Origin: Pocillopora damicornis
Taxonomy: Eukaryota
Reading direction: 5' to 3'
NCBI RefSeq assembly: GCF_003704095.1
Contig: NW_020844031.1
Span: forward strand, 248,001 to 312,000
DNA: 64,000 nt
Shown: piece by piece, positions 35,653 through 55,024 of the stretch
Numbering within the stretch: the first letter of the stretch is position 1
Layout of the letters: every line of letters begins with the position of its first letter
The notes under the pieces: model-generated
What the model was told of the DNA's origin: nothing
Seen by the model: only the letters and a program-made list of their open reading frames with translations
Databases searched by the model: none
Made by a program: the position numbers and the translations under genes

Positions 35653-38297
35653 CAAGTCTAATGAACTACAGCTATAATTATACAGAACACACCTCTGTTA
35701 TGCCAAAACAACATATAATCTACGAACCTGTCTTGTCATCTGACTTCCTTGCGGTAAACTGCTGACAGTGTCCCCTGGGACTGGATCCCCTGCATCAACT
35801 GGCATCTGGCTAGCAGCTATTTCGTTTGACAAAAAATAAACAAAAACTTTCAAAAGATGACCTAGACAATACCAAACACCATAAGTGGTCACTGAAATTT
35901 GACATACTGTAAAACCTGCATTTAAGATGCAAATGCAGATAAGCTTCACTACGAGTTAAGCGACTTGAATTTTTTAAAACAATTCTTTGAAAAGAAATAA
36001 ACAAAATCACGAGTCAAGTCTGGAGAAAGTTGCTTTATTTTGGCTGCTTCATTGAACATACACGTGTATTCTGTGACTAATATTGAAAACAGAGAATATT
36101 TTGAATCCTTACCTACAATTTGAGCTATAGTAGTATGGACAACAAATCTAAACACCAACCTAGACTTACTGTGTATGTTTGATCTTACTCTGGTATTGTT
36201 CCACTGGTATTTTTCACACCTCTTGTCACATTCACAAAAGAGTTATTCATAAAACAACAGTTAATTTTTAGCAGAGCTCATGTAGTTAGTTCATTGGATC
36301 TAATGCAATAATTTAGAAATCAGTAACAATTGTTCAATTGAAGTGTAACTTTACCGCTCGTAGCCTGCTGTTGTGCTAATTGCTCAGATCTGATTGGAGG
36401 CCTGTTCTGTGAGCTTTCCCTTCAAAAGAAAATATACATGTAAGATACATTATACCAGGAACAAAATCAAAAAGAGTACACAACAAACTATACAGCCTTG
36501 GAAATGAATGAAAATCAATATGGAACTTATGTNNNNNNNNNNACACTTGGTATACCTGTAACACTAGAAAAATTAACTCTTTGATTCTTACCTCTTTCTC
36601 CTTCTCCGTGGTGATGAGCGGGACCTAAAAAGAAAAATTAAAAGCATATAAATTCTGTTAACCCTTTAACTCCCATGAGTGACCAAGACAGAATTTCTCC
36701 TTACAATATCCATACTCATGACTCTTTGATTCTTACCTCTTTCTCCTTCTCCGTGATGAGGGGGACCTAGAAAGAGAAATTAAAAGCATATAAATTCTGT
36801 TAATAATTAATTTTGCCAAAAAAATAAGCAAATTTATCATTCAGAACTCTTGTCAAACTTCACAAAGCAGTGGGCTCACATTTTTTATGAAATTGAAAAG
36901 CAAAAGGCTTCTTCACAATTACAAAGAAATGGACATCAAATTATTTAGAATCCAAGTACATCCCTTAAAAAAGAGTATTCGACATCACCTGTATCTCTTT
37001 CGATATCTGTCCCTTCCATCACCAAAGTTTCTCCTGTCTCCGTTGGGACTCCTTGATCTTGACCTGGACCTGCGCCGTCGATCTCTGCCTCTATCACCTC
37101 TATCTCTTGAGCGGTCACCTAGAAAATAATAAAAGTATAAAAGGTACCATTAAAATAGATGGAATTCCATCATTAACATAACAAAAAGTGCTCATTAGGA
37201 TAGTGGAAGATTATACCACCTTCTGGCTGATACGGGGTTGTCAAAAAGATTTTGAGTAACCATACTTTGATACAGAGTAGGTGGTTCTTATCAGTTCTAC
37301 TTCCATCAATGTCATGTTTTCATGCTGAAAATTGTACAACAAGTATTCTGAATGGCCTTTTTGTTATTTAGAGTAAATGGTAAAATGCACAATGGTAAAA
37401 TGCACGAGACAACAACACAGTGATAGATACAGGAACACAAGACACAAAATGGCACTAAAATACAAAGCTTTTACTTCACTATTTCATCATGCTTTTCATT
37501 ATTCTTCTTTATTTCCACTGCTTAGCTATGGTATAAAATTCCTCACTGGGGCATTATAAAGAGTATCTATAGCAGATGAGCATACCACAATCAATTACAT
37601 ATGTAAATGTATGTATGATTCCTAAATCCTTCATGTGTGCATCATTGAAATACCTGTAGCTGGAATTCTGAAGGTATAGGAGAAAAAAATACTTCTTCAA
37701 ATTCCAACTCATCTACAAATATACCACCCTTCGGTGTGTTACTTTAGTTTAAAGAGATCCTGAAATTATCTACTCATCATCTCAACAGTGTAAACGAAGA
37801 CAGTTTCAAATTCTAACAAGAAAATTGAAATATAAAAGAAATACAAGAGTAAAGAAGAGTTTAAGTTTATCAGATGATCTAATAATTCAATTGTAACATG
37901 ATTTACAACTACATGAAAGCGAGCTCATACACAAAACGCTTATAACTGCATTATTAAAATGAATATATATATAGCAACCTTAAACGATCGATCACCGCTA
38001 GAACTTGTTATGTTATTCAGTCTTCAATAGATTTTCAGCAAAACTACCCAATCAGATTTACTGCACGTTTACCATTTTGACACGCCGAACTTAAGAGCGA
38101 TTTTACCAAATATTTATAGAAAGGTGATCGACACTACAATTCAAACTGTCAGGTCAGTATGGATTTCTCAGTTCAATTTGCGGCAAAATCTCTGCACAGC
38201 CCAATACTCCTAATTCCAAAATGGCGGCCATCCGAGGTGAGCTGGGCCGAGAACACATAAGCGAGGCATCAAGGGCTACTCTCATCGAGCTAGAGAA

Positions 38298-39453
38298 TGG
38301 CGTCTTTCGACAACATGTCGTTGTACGGTCCTTAGTTTTTAACTGAAGAGGATATCCCTGGAAGCTCTTTAAATGGAAGAGATCCTAGTCAATTGAAAAA
38401 TTCGGAGTTAAAGTTTTGGCTCCAATGTCGGGGTGATAGTTGCAAAGGGTTGTCCACAAAAGCGCAACTTTGCAAACGGTAAGAAATCTTTTGGGTTTGT
38501 GGCTTGAAAACAATGGTTGTTATGGCCTTGCAGCTCATAGGGTTTGTTCTCTTTCAGAGTGAAGGACTATGTACAAGCAGGTGTTTCTCATCTGCTTGTA
38601 GATCCCGATGATAATTTCATCTACATGAAGCATAAAGGCAATAGACTTTCGAGTGGGAACGAAAGAAATGAACTCACTGAGTCAAACTTGTGTGCACTTG
38701 AAAACGTCAAGAACGTGGCTTTTCCCGTGAACAGCTGGAGCACGTCGCTGGCTAAAAGCCCCATTTTACCCGAGCAGAAATAGACAGACATATGAGTAAC
38801 TCAGGAAAGAAGTATCGAAACATCGGACATCATTCACTACCATCAGGACTGAACAAAGCCAAGGCATTTCTGGAAGATGAATATTTACACGAAATACAAA
38901 CTCACTGTGATCAAAGATATTTCTATTTCTGCGCAAAGTGCTTTCACAGTTTTAAGGTCCATGAGACACCACACAATTTAAAGCTTGCTTTGTGTATTGT
39001 GTCTGGAGACGTGGAGTATGCCCACTGTGGACCAAGTTGTGCTGCTGGGAAATCAGGCTTTTGCAACCACATTTTGGCTCTGATGATGAAGATATGTAAA
39101 TACTCTTTATATGACTGCAAAGATGTTCGGGACCTGAAGGACAAGGAAGATGAAAATCCAAGCAAAGTGTGTACTTCAGCATTACAGAATTGGCACAGAT
39201 CAAGAATGGATGATGTGAGTTCGCAACCTGTCATGCAAGTTGTTGTTTCCAATCCTGTTAATAGAGCTGAGAAGGCAGGGCACGGAGGCAAGAAGACTGG
39301 AGTGACCTGCCTCTTGACTGAAGCAAGTAGAGGGAGAAGTAATCAGAAAGAAAAACTGAAGGACTTGGTGAAGTCTCTCGAAGAACATAGTCCTAAACTT
39401 GGCATAATTCAAGTTGTTGATACCACAAGTGTTGATGCATTACCTGCTATTAG
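38298..39453 (+). pseudogene. SAP-like + SWIM zinc-finger gene relic, probably the accessory (SWIM/YqaJ) ORF of an ISL2EU/Harbinger-related DNA transposon
   Basis: LTEEDIPGSSLNGRDPSQLKNSELKFWLQCRG...KAQLCKR|intron|VKDYV; SWIM motif HCGPSCAAGKSGFCNHILAL. TAG near 38335 and a frameshift near 38765. It ends before any nuclease domain. Confidence 0.6.
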
Positions 39454-39849
39454 GTGTATAATTCATTATGTATTCATATATGGACTTTATTATTTAATAA
39501 ATCACCAACAAGATGTGCATGCATAATGAAGTATGGGGCTGTGTGGAAATTTTTACTGATTTTCCATGCATTTGTTCAAAAATGCTCCCTTACCGTAATC
39601 TTCTTGGCCATCGCGGTCATTGTCGTATTTCTTGCGAAATCCAGCGCCGTCTCCTTCTGCCATATTTGTCTGAAAACTTAAATACTTTTTCTGTTATTCT
39701 AGAAAATTATCCAAGGCACAAGAAAAAGTTTGAGGAATGTTTAAAGCTGAATTCATGAAATAGCTTTACGTTTCAGCATTATTAAGCTTAGCTTTCAGCT
39801 GAGGTGTTTTATGTTTTGAACAACAGTTCAAAACGTGACATAAGCGTTA

Positions 39850-39930
39850 GGCCTTCTCTGAGATCTTAAGTCGCCCTAAGTTGCCTAAAGTCGCCTAAAG
39901 TCGCCTAAAGTCACCTTAAGTTTCCTTAGG
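39850..39930. repeat. 10-bp tandem (gtcgcctaaa)n, with a second copy at ~40396-40440
   Basis: ggcct(t/a)ctctgaga(t/c)cttaagtcgcc... occurs twice. Confidence 0.6.
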
Positions 39931-40497
39931 TTGCTATTGGTTATGCAATGTCATAAGGGTTCCACCCTTCCCAATTGACCTTATCTACTCCACTTCAATC
40001 ATAGTTTTCTACAGCTAGAAAAGTAGTTGGAGAGACTGGATAGGAAGTAGTTTTACGAAGTCACTTCTGTATTCAAATACAAGACTAGTTGTTTAAAGAG
40101 AGGTTCTAATAATGTTTGCACTAACTTAGTAACATGTTCTCTGCGGAGTTGCTAATAAGCTTGTTCGAGTTTAGGATATCGTTCATATCAATTTGTTATT
40201 TATACGCGAGGTGCTAAGGTTGATTGCGAAGAACTGAATAACCACTGGCTGTGCATATGAGATCAAAGGAGAAAGATTAGTCCTTACAATTAAACCATTA
40301 CAGAATGCCAATATAAAGTTCACATTATGGATGGTAGGCATTTTCCTCCTGGTAAAACATCGCTGAAAATGTCAGTGCGATTAGAGAATGTAAAGGCCTA
40401 CTCTGAGACCTTAAGTCGCCTTAAATCGCCCAAAGTCGCAATATTTTTTGTGCCAATTTTGCTAAAGTCGGTTAAAGTAGCGTTATTTACACTGACG

Positions 40498-41232
40498 TAT
40501 GACACGCTTCACAAAACAGGACTTTTCGAAGCGACATCTGGACCTCTAGAACTCTGAAAATATGCCAATGTCACAACCCATGAGTAACTAAACCAGTTCT
40601 TTGTTCTTTTTTCAACCACTGAATATACTTTTGGATTGTGGTGCGAGTCTTTCGCCCCTGTTAGGTTTGATTTGTGTCTGACAAATCCAAGAGGGACCGT
40701 GTCTTTCGGTCACAGAAATGATGACCAATGCAAATTTTCTCAAAGTCCTCACTGAGCAATGCGAGTTTCCACCATTTTGACTCTAGATCGAATAGACTTC
40801 GATGCCATTTTTCAACCAAAAAAAATTATATCTGTCTAGAAAGCTATATGCACTCACCTTTGGACTTTGGAAGACTGCTGACGCCTGACACGCTTCACAA
40901 AACAGGACTTTTCGAAGCAATCTCTGGACCTCTAGAACTCTGAAAATATGCGAATATCACAACCCATGAGTTAATGAACCAGTTCTTTGTTCTTTTCTCA
41001 ACCACTGAATATACTTTTGGATTGTGGTGTGAGTTTTTCGCGCCCAGTTAGGTCAGTTAGGTTTGATTTGTGTCTGACTAGTTGGATCGTGTTTTTCAGT
41101 CGAAGAAATCGATGACTGAGCAATGCCAGTTTCCACTATTTTGACTCTAGATCGAATAGACTTCGATGCAATTTTTTAACAAATAAACTTAAATCTATCT
41201 AGAAAGCTATATGCACTCACATTTGGACTTTG
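40498..41232. repeat. Direct tandem duplication of ~385 bp (40498-40870 and 40885-41232)
   Basis: gacacgcttcacaaaacaggacttttcgaagc...agaaagctatatgcactcac occurs twice. Confidence 0.85.
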
Positions 41233-42372
41233 AGTGACACTTCTTAGCGTGGAAGAAACCCCACTACCTAGTTCCTTCCCGTTTTTGTTCTACCCCCAAC
41301 GAACTTTCGGCAATCCTTTGCGTACTTTTCGGCAATCCTTTGCGAGCCGTCTTCTCAAATATCGAGCTTTTTCCTGCGACGGCGAATTTTCCTACGAATT
41401 TTCCTGCGAATTTTCCTCTCAATATACGCGGGGACTTCTAAGGTGCCTCCTCGGGTTTTGGCCGTCTGGGCCAAAACTCTGCGGCTGCAATGAGAGCTCC
41501 GCTTTTAGGCTTGGCTAAATCTATATATTATATAATCAAACTAATCTATTCATAACTGAAAGGGCCTCACTCAAGTCATAGTTAGTCTCCTCTACTAACT
41601 ATGCTCAAGTATAATATTTTTCAAGCTTTTTTATACTGAGCCGCTGAGGTATGTTACCCTATTTAAAGGCAGTTCGGTCTACGGAGTGTTCGCAAGGGCT
41701 AAAAATACTTTGATGAGGCATATCTGAGAAGAAAATTGTAATTCCTACACTTGTTTCGGTAAGGTTACAGTTTTCAGCAAAATCCAAGATGGCGTCCATT
41801 CTGACATGTTTCGACTTGACTACATTTGCTCTCTTTACGAGAATCACAACACAAACAAGCACACGTTCGTATGAGATAGCTTGTAATGAGTGTCGATTCT
41901 CTCTTCTAAAACGGCAAGCACTGAACAAACTGAGTATCTAGGGGAAACACTCTACTGGCATCGATCAACGTGCACGCTCACACGCGAAGTCATTTGACAA
42001 AAAATCCAAACCAGAGCCCAGTTGTATAAAGGCCGATGTGCTAACCCAGGGTTAAATTTCAATCCAGGTTTCTATATTTCTTTTTTCCAAAGCCTTTTAG
42101 AGAAAATTTTCCCTATTCTTATTAGAACATCCAATGATCAAATTGCAAGCAAAAAGATTTAATTGGCCTTTTCTTACAGAGATCCGAGAAAAACTTCCCC
42201 CTTCTAGCCGGTCAGACACTTTCCATGCATGTAAATTAAGAGAATTCAGGGCAAAATTCCGGCCTTTTGGCTGATAGCCTCCTAACTCCAATCACCAGCG
42301 TGTTTTACAATGTATTTGAATATTGAAATAATGTAAGGAGAAGATAAAGGTTGATCGCATCCGGGAAAAAAA

Positions 42373-42472
42373 NNNNNNNNNNNNNNNNNNNNNNNNNNNN
42401 NNNNNNNNNNNNNNNNNNNNNNNNNNNNNNNNNNNNNNNNNNNNNNNNNNNNNNNNNNNNNNNNNNNNNNNN
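42373..42472. other. Scaffold gap (100 N)
   Basis: Run of exactly 100 N. Confidence 1.
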
Positions 42473-42521
42473 GGAGTTAAAGGGTTAACAGAATTTATAT
42501 GCTTTTAATTTTTCTTTTTAG

Positions 42522-50480
<7,959 letters not shown>

Positions 50481-52544
50481 TTGATGACGTCATACTGCTG
50501 TTTAAAGCTGAACCGATAGTTCGACACCCTGTCCCTTTGATAATATGAAGTCTTTTTGTTTTACAACTCTTGTTTTAGAGTGCTTTTCGATCAAGCTTCT
50601 TAGAGCCAAAGACCAAACTACAACAGCCTATCCGAACATTCATTAAGGTAAATACTCGAAGAAGCCAATGAGATTTTCGACGTAATACATTTAACTGGCT
50701 TTTGACGCAGGAAAATGAGAAATATCGAGTTGTAGCGGGTTTTAGTTTTACATCTGATCGATGTGCATTTAGGAACACATTTGTTTGCTTAAGTTTGAAG
50801 AGAATAATACAACACTTTCAAGAAAGAGAAAAGTTCAAGGCTGAGAAGTTGAACTTCAACAGATGCAATTTTGTATAGGAATGCGATCGATGGCTTTTTA
50901 AAAAAAAAATCCTTGCAGTTCAATCGGCGAAGTAGTATAATTAACACAATATTAACTGTGAAGCTAGAGTTCGAAAAGTGCTATTGACTTTCAACAAGTG
51001 AGTTACGTTTTTCTTTAGAAAGCGCTATCTTCTAGTTTCTTTTGCAGACGTTTTCTTTATAATTTAATGGCCACCCCCGTGAAGTTTTTATAACTGACAT
51101 CTACTGAAGCTCAGCAAGAAGCAGCGAAACCTAAGCAAGCGGATGGTTCATATGTTCCTGAAGCATGTTACGATGTGTCGTATGATCATGTTTTTAACTC
51201 GTATGCTGATTTGTTGATGTGCTTGGAAATACAACATCACAAAAGTGTTTTCCCTTTGTTCTAATCTGCTCCTTTATATTAACTGTGAAGGTGGTCTTGA
51301 TAGAGCCTGCCTGTTGGTTATGGGTGACTGACTTGCTGACTGATTTTGAGAACGCTATCACCAACCCTGAATTTTCAAAGTCGTCGTTTTGTAGTTCTTG
51401 TCTTAAACTCGGTTACCTTCATGACGGTGTCGATATCTTATTACTGCTGTAGTTATCTACAAGTGAATTGTGGGATAGTAGTCCGTTGCAAGTGACCTCC
51501 CTCCCCCCACCCCATTCCCCAGGTTTTGTCTACAACCCAGAATTCATTCCTTCCCACTTAGACCCCTTGTGGAGGAGAGGTCCGTGAGAGTCAAGGTAGA
51601 TCTTACATTTGGTCGCAGTTTGAGCACATTCCTGTCGTTCTCAAGTCCAGTTCCCTTGTCGTAACACCCAACATTTTTTAACTGTTATCATGAAAACTTC
51701 ACTATGAAGCTTATGTAGTTTAACAAGTCTGTTCATTATTAAACCTAAACACCCGTATGTGCATTGTAAGATATAAACAACCAGTATGTTTTGAGATAAA
51801 TCTCGTACAAACACTCCAAGAAAACCGCAAGGGTGCGTGAAGTAAGGTTTCCGGTGAATACTAGTTGCTAGGAAACTCGTTGCTGAAAAGCAATCCTTTA
51901 AAATCTCCTCGAGTTTCGAAAGAAACAAGGAACCGTTCGGTCCTAGGTGCGTGATAATTCAGTTGCTATCAAACTGAACGGTTGGTGACGGTTTCACAGA
52001 TCAAGTCGTGAAGAAATTGAATTGATTACACTTTGAATCAGTGAAACATGAAAAACAATTTCAAGACAAATTCCAATTATCCCGCCTTCAGATAGTTTAT
52101 TTCTGAGAGACTTAGATTCTTTCTTGTTCTCGTTTTATTCGTGGAGGGTTAAACGATAGTTTTAAATTAAGGTTAGTATATTTTTTTTCTAATTTAATTT
52201 TAGGGTTAGTTTATTTCAGTTTAAAAGTCTTATTCTTCTAAACGTCGTAACGTTTGGAAGGCGCGCCAATCAAAAAGTATGATCTTTCCGTTCACATAAA
52301 TTTTCTCATCTGCAGCAAACTGAAAATGACACCGTGTCATCAATCTTTTCATCAAAAGATGAAAAAATTGTGAATCACAAAGTTATGAATTGGGTTTTAA
52401 TATGGTTTTAACCCCTACGAGACTATCACCAAGGTTCATCTTTTGCTCCCCGATTGTCAACTGTGGAAACCGGTTGGCACAAAATTCTGCCAAAGATATG
52501 GGTTTCCCTAGCGTAGGTTTACAGTTGTCACCTTTAGTTCGTTC

Positions 52545-52925
52545 ATATTGTATTTGTCGTTGAAGTTACGGCAAATATTTGACATTGCTCACCTGAAGAG
52601 AGTGACAACCTGTAGTTTATGTTTATGTAAACCTGTGGAAAGAACTGTTTGATAATTGAAAACATGATAATTTTTCTTTTGCGAGTTGCTGATGCGTCAA
52701 TTGCCACCAATTCGAGATTTGATCGCAGAATACTTCGGGAGCCAAGGAAATACAAGAAAATTCTCTTCCTAAGTTATTGCATCAGCAACTCGCACTCAAT
52801 TTGATGTTTTCAATTACTAAGGAGTACTTAACTAAGTTTACATATCTTCGACAAATTATCACTTGCCACAGGTGAGCAACCTCAAATATTTGTTGTAATT
52901 TTAACGAAAACAACAGGTGATAGCC
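52545..52925. repeat. Long imperfect inverted repeat (foldback/MITE)
   Basis: tgcgagttgctgatgc (~52680) pairs with gcatcagcaactcgca (~52779). Outer arms caaatatttga...ttgctcacctg and caggtgagcaa...tcaaatatttg also pair. Confidence 0.7.
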
Positions 52926-52971
52926 GATTAAGACGACTTGGATGCTTTCTTCGTGCATTTCCTAAGGGCGG

Positions 52972-53071
52972 NNNNNNNNNNNNNNNNNNNNNNNNNNNNN
53001 NNNNNNNNNNNNNNNNNNNNNNNNNNNNNNNNNNNNNNNNNNNNNNNNNNNNNNNNNNNNNNNNNNNNNNN
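52972..53071. other. Scaffold gap (100 N)
   Basis: Run of exactly 100 N. Confidence 1.
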
Positions 53072-53255
53072 AGTTGCGTAAGAGTTGCTCGAGGCGTAGC
53101 CGAGAGCGACGCTAGCTTCTTGAAAAATAGTATTATAATCTTTTTATAACATTTTCAATTCTTTTTTTCTCAAAGGGATTTGTTTGCTGACGTCATGAGC
53201 GTGCACAATAGGAATATGAAGCACGCTTACGTAATTGAATTTGACGAGAAAAACT

Positions 53256-53390
53256 GGATCAATATCAGTATCTGGGCAGCTGCCCACCTACTCCTCCCCT
53301 AACCCAACATTAACCTTAACTCGTTGTCAATTGACTGTTTGAGTTAGGGGAGGGGTAAGTGGGCAGTTGCCCAGATATTGATATTGATCC
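53256..53390. mobile_element. Palindromic MITE with ~45-bp TIRs
   Basis: ggatcaatatcagtatctgggcagctgcccacctactcctcccctaac ... ttaggggaggggtaagtgggcagttgcccagatattgatattgatcc. Confidence 0.8.
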
Positions 53391-55024
53391 GACAAATTTA
53401 CTAGCTATGTTATAAATCTTGTTGATCTATCAATTTATTGGCTCATACACTGTTAAAAGTTTAAAGCTTTAATTTCTATAAATTAGAATGAAACAATGAC
53501 GTCTCCCCGCTCTTCAGAAAAAGCAATCAATTATGCATATTTTCATCAAATTTACTTACACATATAAGGTTTAATTTCACAGGAAAAAAGCTTTGACAAG
53601 TAAGTGTTGCTAGCGAAGAATTTGAAAAACATTTACGAATTCTTCTTATCTAAAAAAAGAAACAAATGTAGAATCCTATGGATATCTAGGCAACCGCTAT
53701 CTTTCTTGTGGAAATTTAATTTTCATTTTACTTTTTGAAAAGATAGGCAAAATGGTATTAACTGTTTTCATATCACGGATAAAAAATATAGAGAGGTAAA
53801 AGAAAAGGATGATATAAATTGACATCATCACTGAACTGATTTACTTACAAAAAGTGAGATTTATATCAACCTTGATGGTTACCATGGAGACGTGAAGGTA
53901 TGACCGTTGAGCGTTTCACCCGGGTGATGTCTTTTAGCCGCTTGCGGGTAGTGGTTAACTTCTTTCCGTTAAAGTAAAGAGAAAAAATTTTATGTTTAGT
54001 ATTTTTTACCACTAACGGCTCAAAAATTGTCTATACTAACCCCTAAAGTCTAAATTTTTTCGCCGTTTTACGGCTAATGGTTAACCCCACTGAGAACCTT
54101 ATTAATGCGAGATTGTTATCGAACATGAAAACACGTCGGATAAGTACATTTCTTGTCCAAAACGTCTTCGTAAAAAGTCTTCGACGGGCATATCGGAAAA
54201 AAATTATTTTTCAAATAATTTTAGAACTTAAGTTTATGTCCGTCCACGTTGGAAAGACTAATGCGTCATTTTCAATTACTATCAAAAAGGTGAGTGTGTT
54301 TCGGGACGCATAATGACAGGTCAGTGATACAGGCCGAGCAGGGGCATAAGTTTCCTTTCCACTGATGAAAAGTCACCCATTTGGAACGATCAAAAGAGTT
54401 TCACTCTAAAATCGTTAAACTTTAGAGGGCCGGAATTGTTCTACATGTCCTTTTAAAATGAATGGTTGACCTTTATCGTAACTTCAAGGTCGCCCTTTAA
54501 CATTGGCCTTGCATATGTTGGCGTTAGCCATAAACTGAGATTTTGCAATTTATTTCCGATGGTGTACGAGCCAAAATCAGTAAATCAGCCCAAGTTGTGT
54601 GAGAGAGAAAATTGGGGGTGTATTCAGTGATCTGAAAAGTTTTAACTTCCAAAAAAAAAAAACAAAAAAAGGGGAAAGGACTCAAACCGAAGAAAAACGT
54701 GAAAAAGTAGGCATCTAAAACTTGCACGCATTGAAGCTCACGAAATCAAATATCAGCTGTACGTGGTGTACTTCTCTGCCCTTTGTAATATCTGGCTCAC
54801 GCACCGTTAGGTGTTAGGGTTGGACATTCCCTAAATTCTAACCTCAAGTGGTCAAGAAAAACCACAAACAGAACGTGATCTACATTCGTACATTCGTAAT
54901 TATTTCGGTTGACGCCTTTCTCTTATTTTTATAAACAATGCCAGTACTCCATACACACTCAAATTGACTGTTCACAGTGCTTTGAACAGTCTGCGACAGT
55001 ACTTCTCTCCTGAGTTGGGTTGAA

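Larger units (their letters stand above)
34840..38176 (-). pseudogene. U2AF2: Inverted partial genomic duplicate of U2AF2, intron 1 to intron 5. Exon 2 37118-36989, exon 3 twice (~36766-36736 and 36624-36592), exon 4 ~36419-36355, exon 5 ~35816-35693
   Basis: Introns and exons match the plus-strand gene. Exon 4 has lost the ULM Trp (ESLWDRPP to ESSQNRPP) and carries a deletion. Exon 5 lacks the GNIP codons and is frameshifted. Confidence 0.85.

Noticed and set aside
34840-38176. Uncollapsed allelic haplotype of U2AF2
   Set aside because: Frameshifts, loss of the ULM Trp, a duplicated exon and a private MITE indicate a decayed paralogue.
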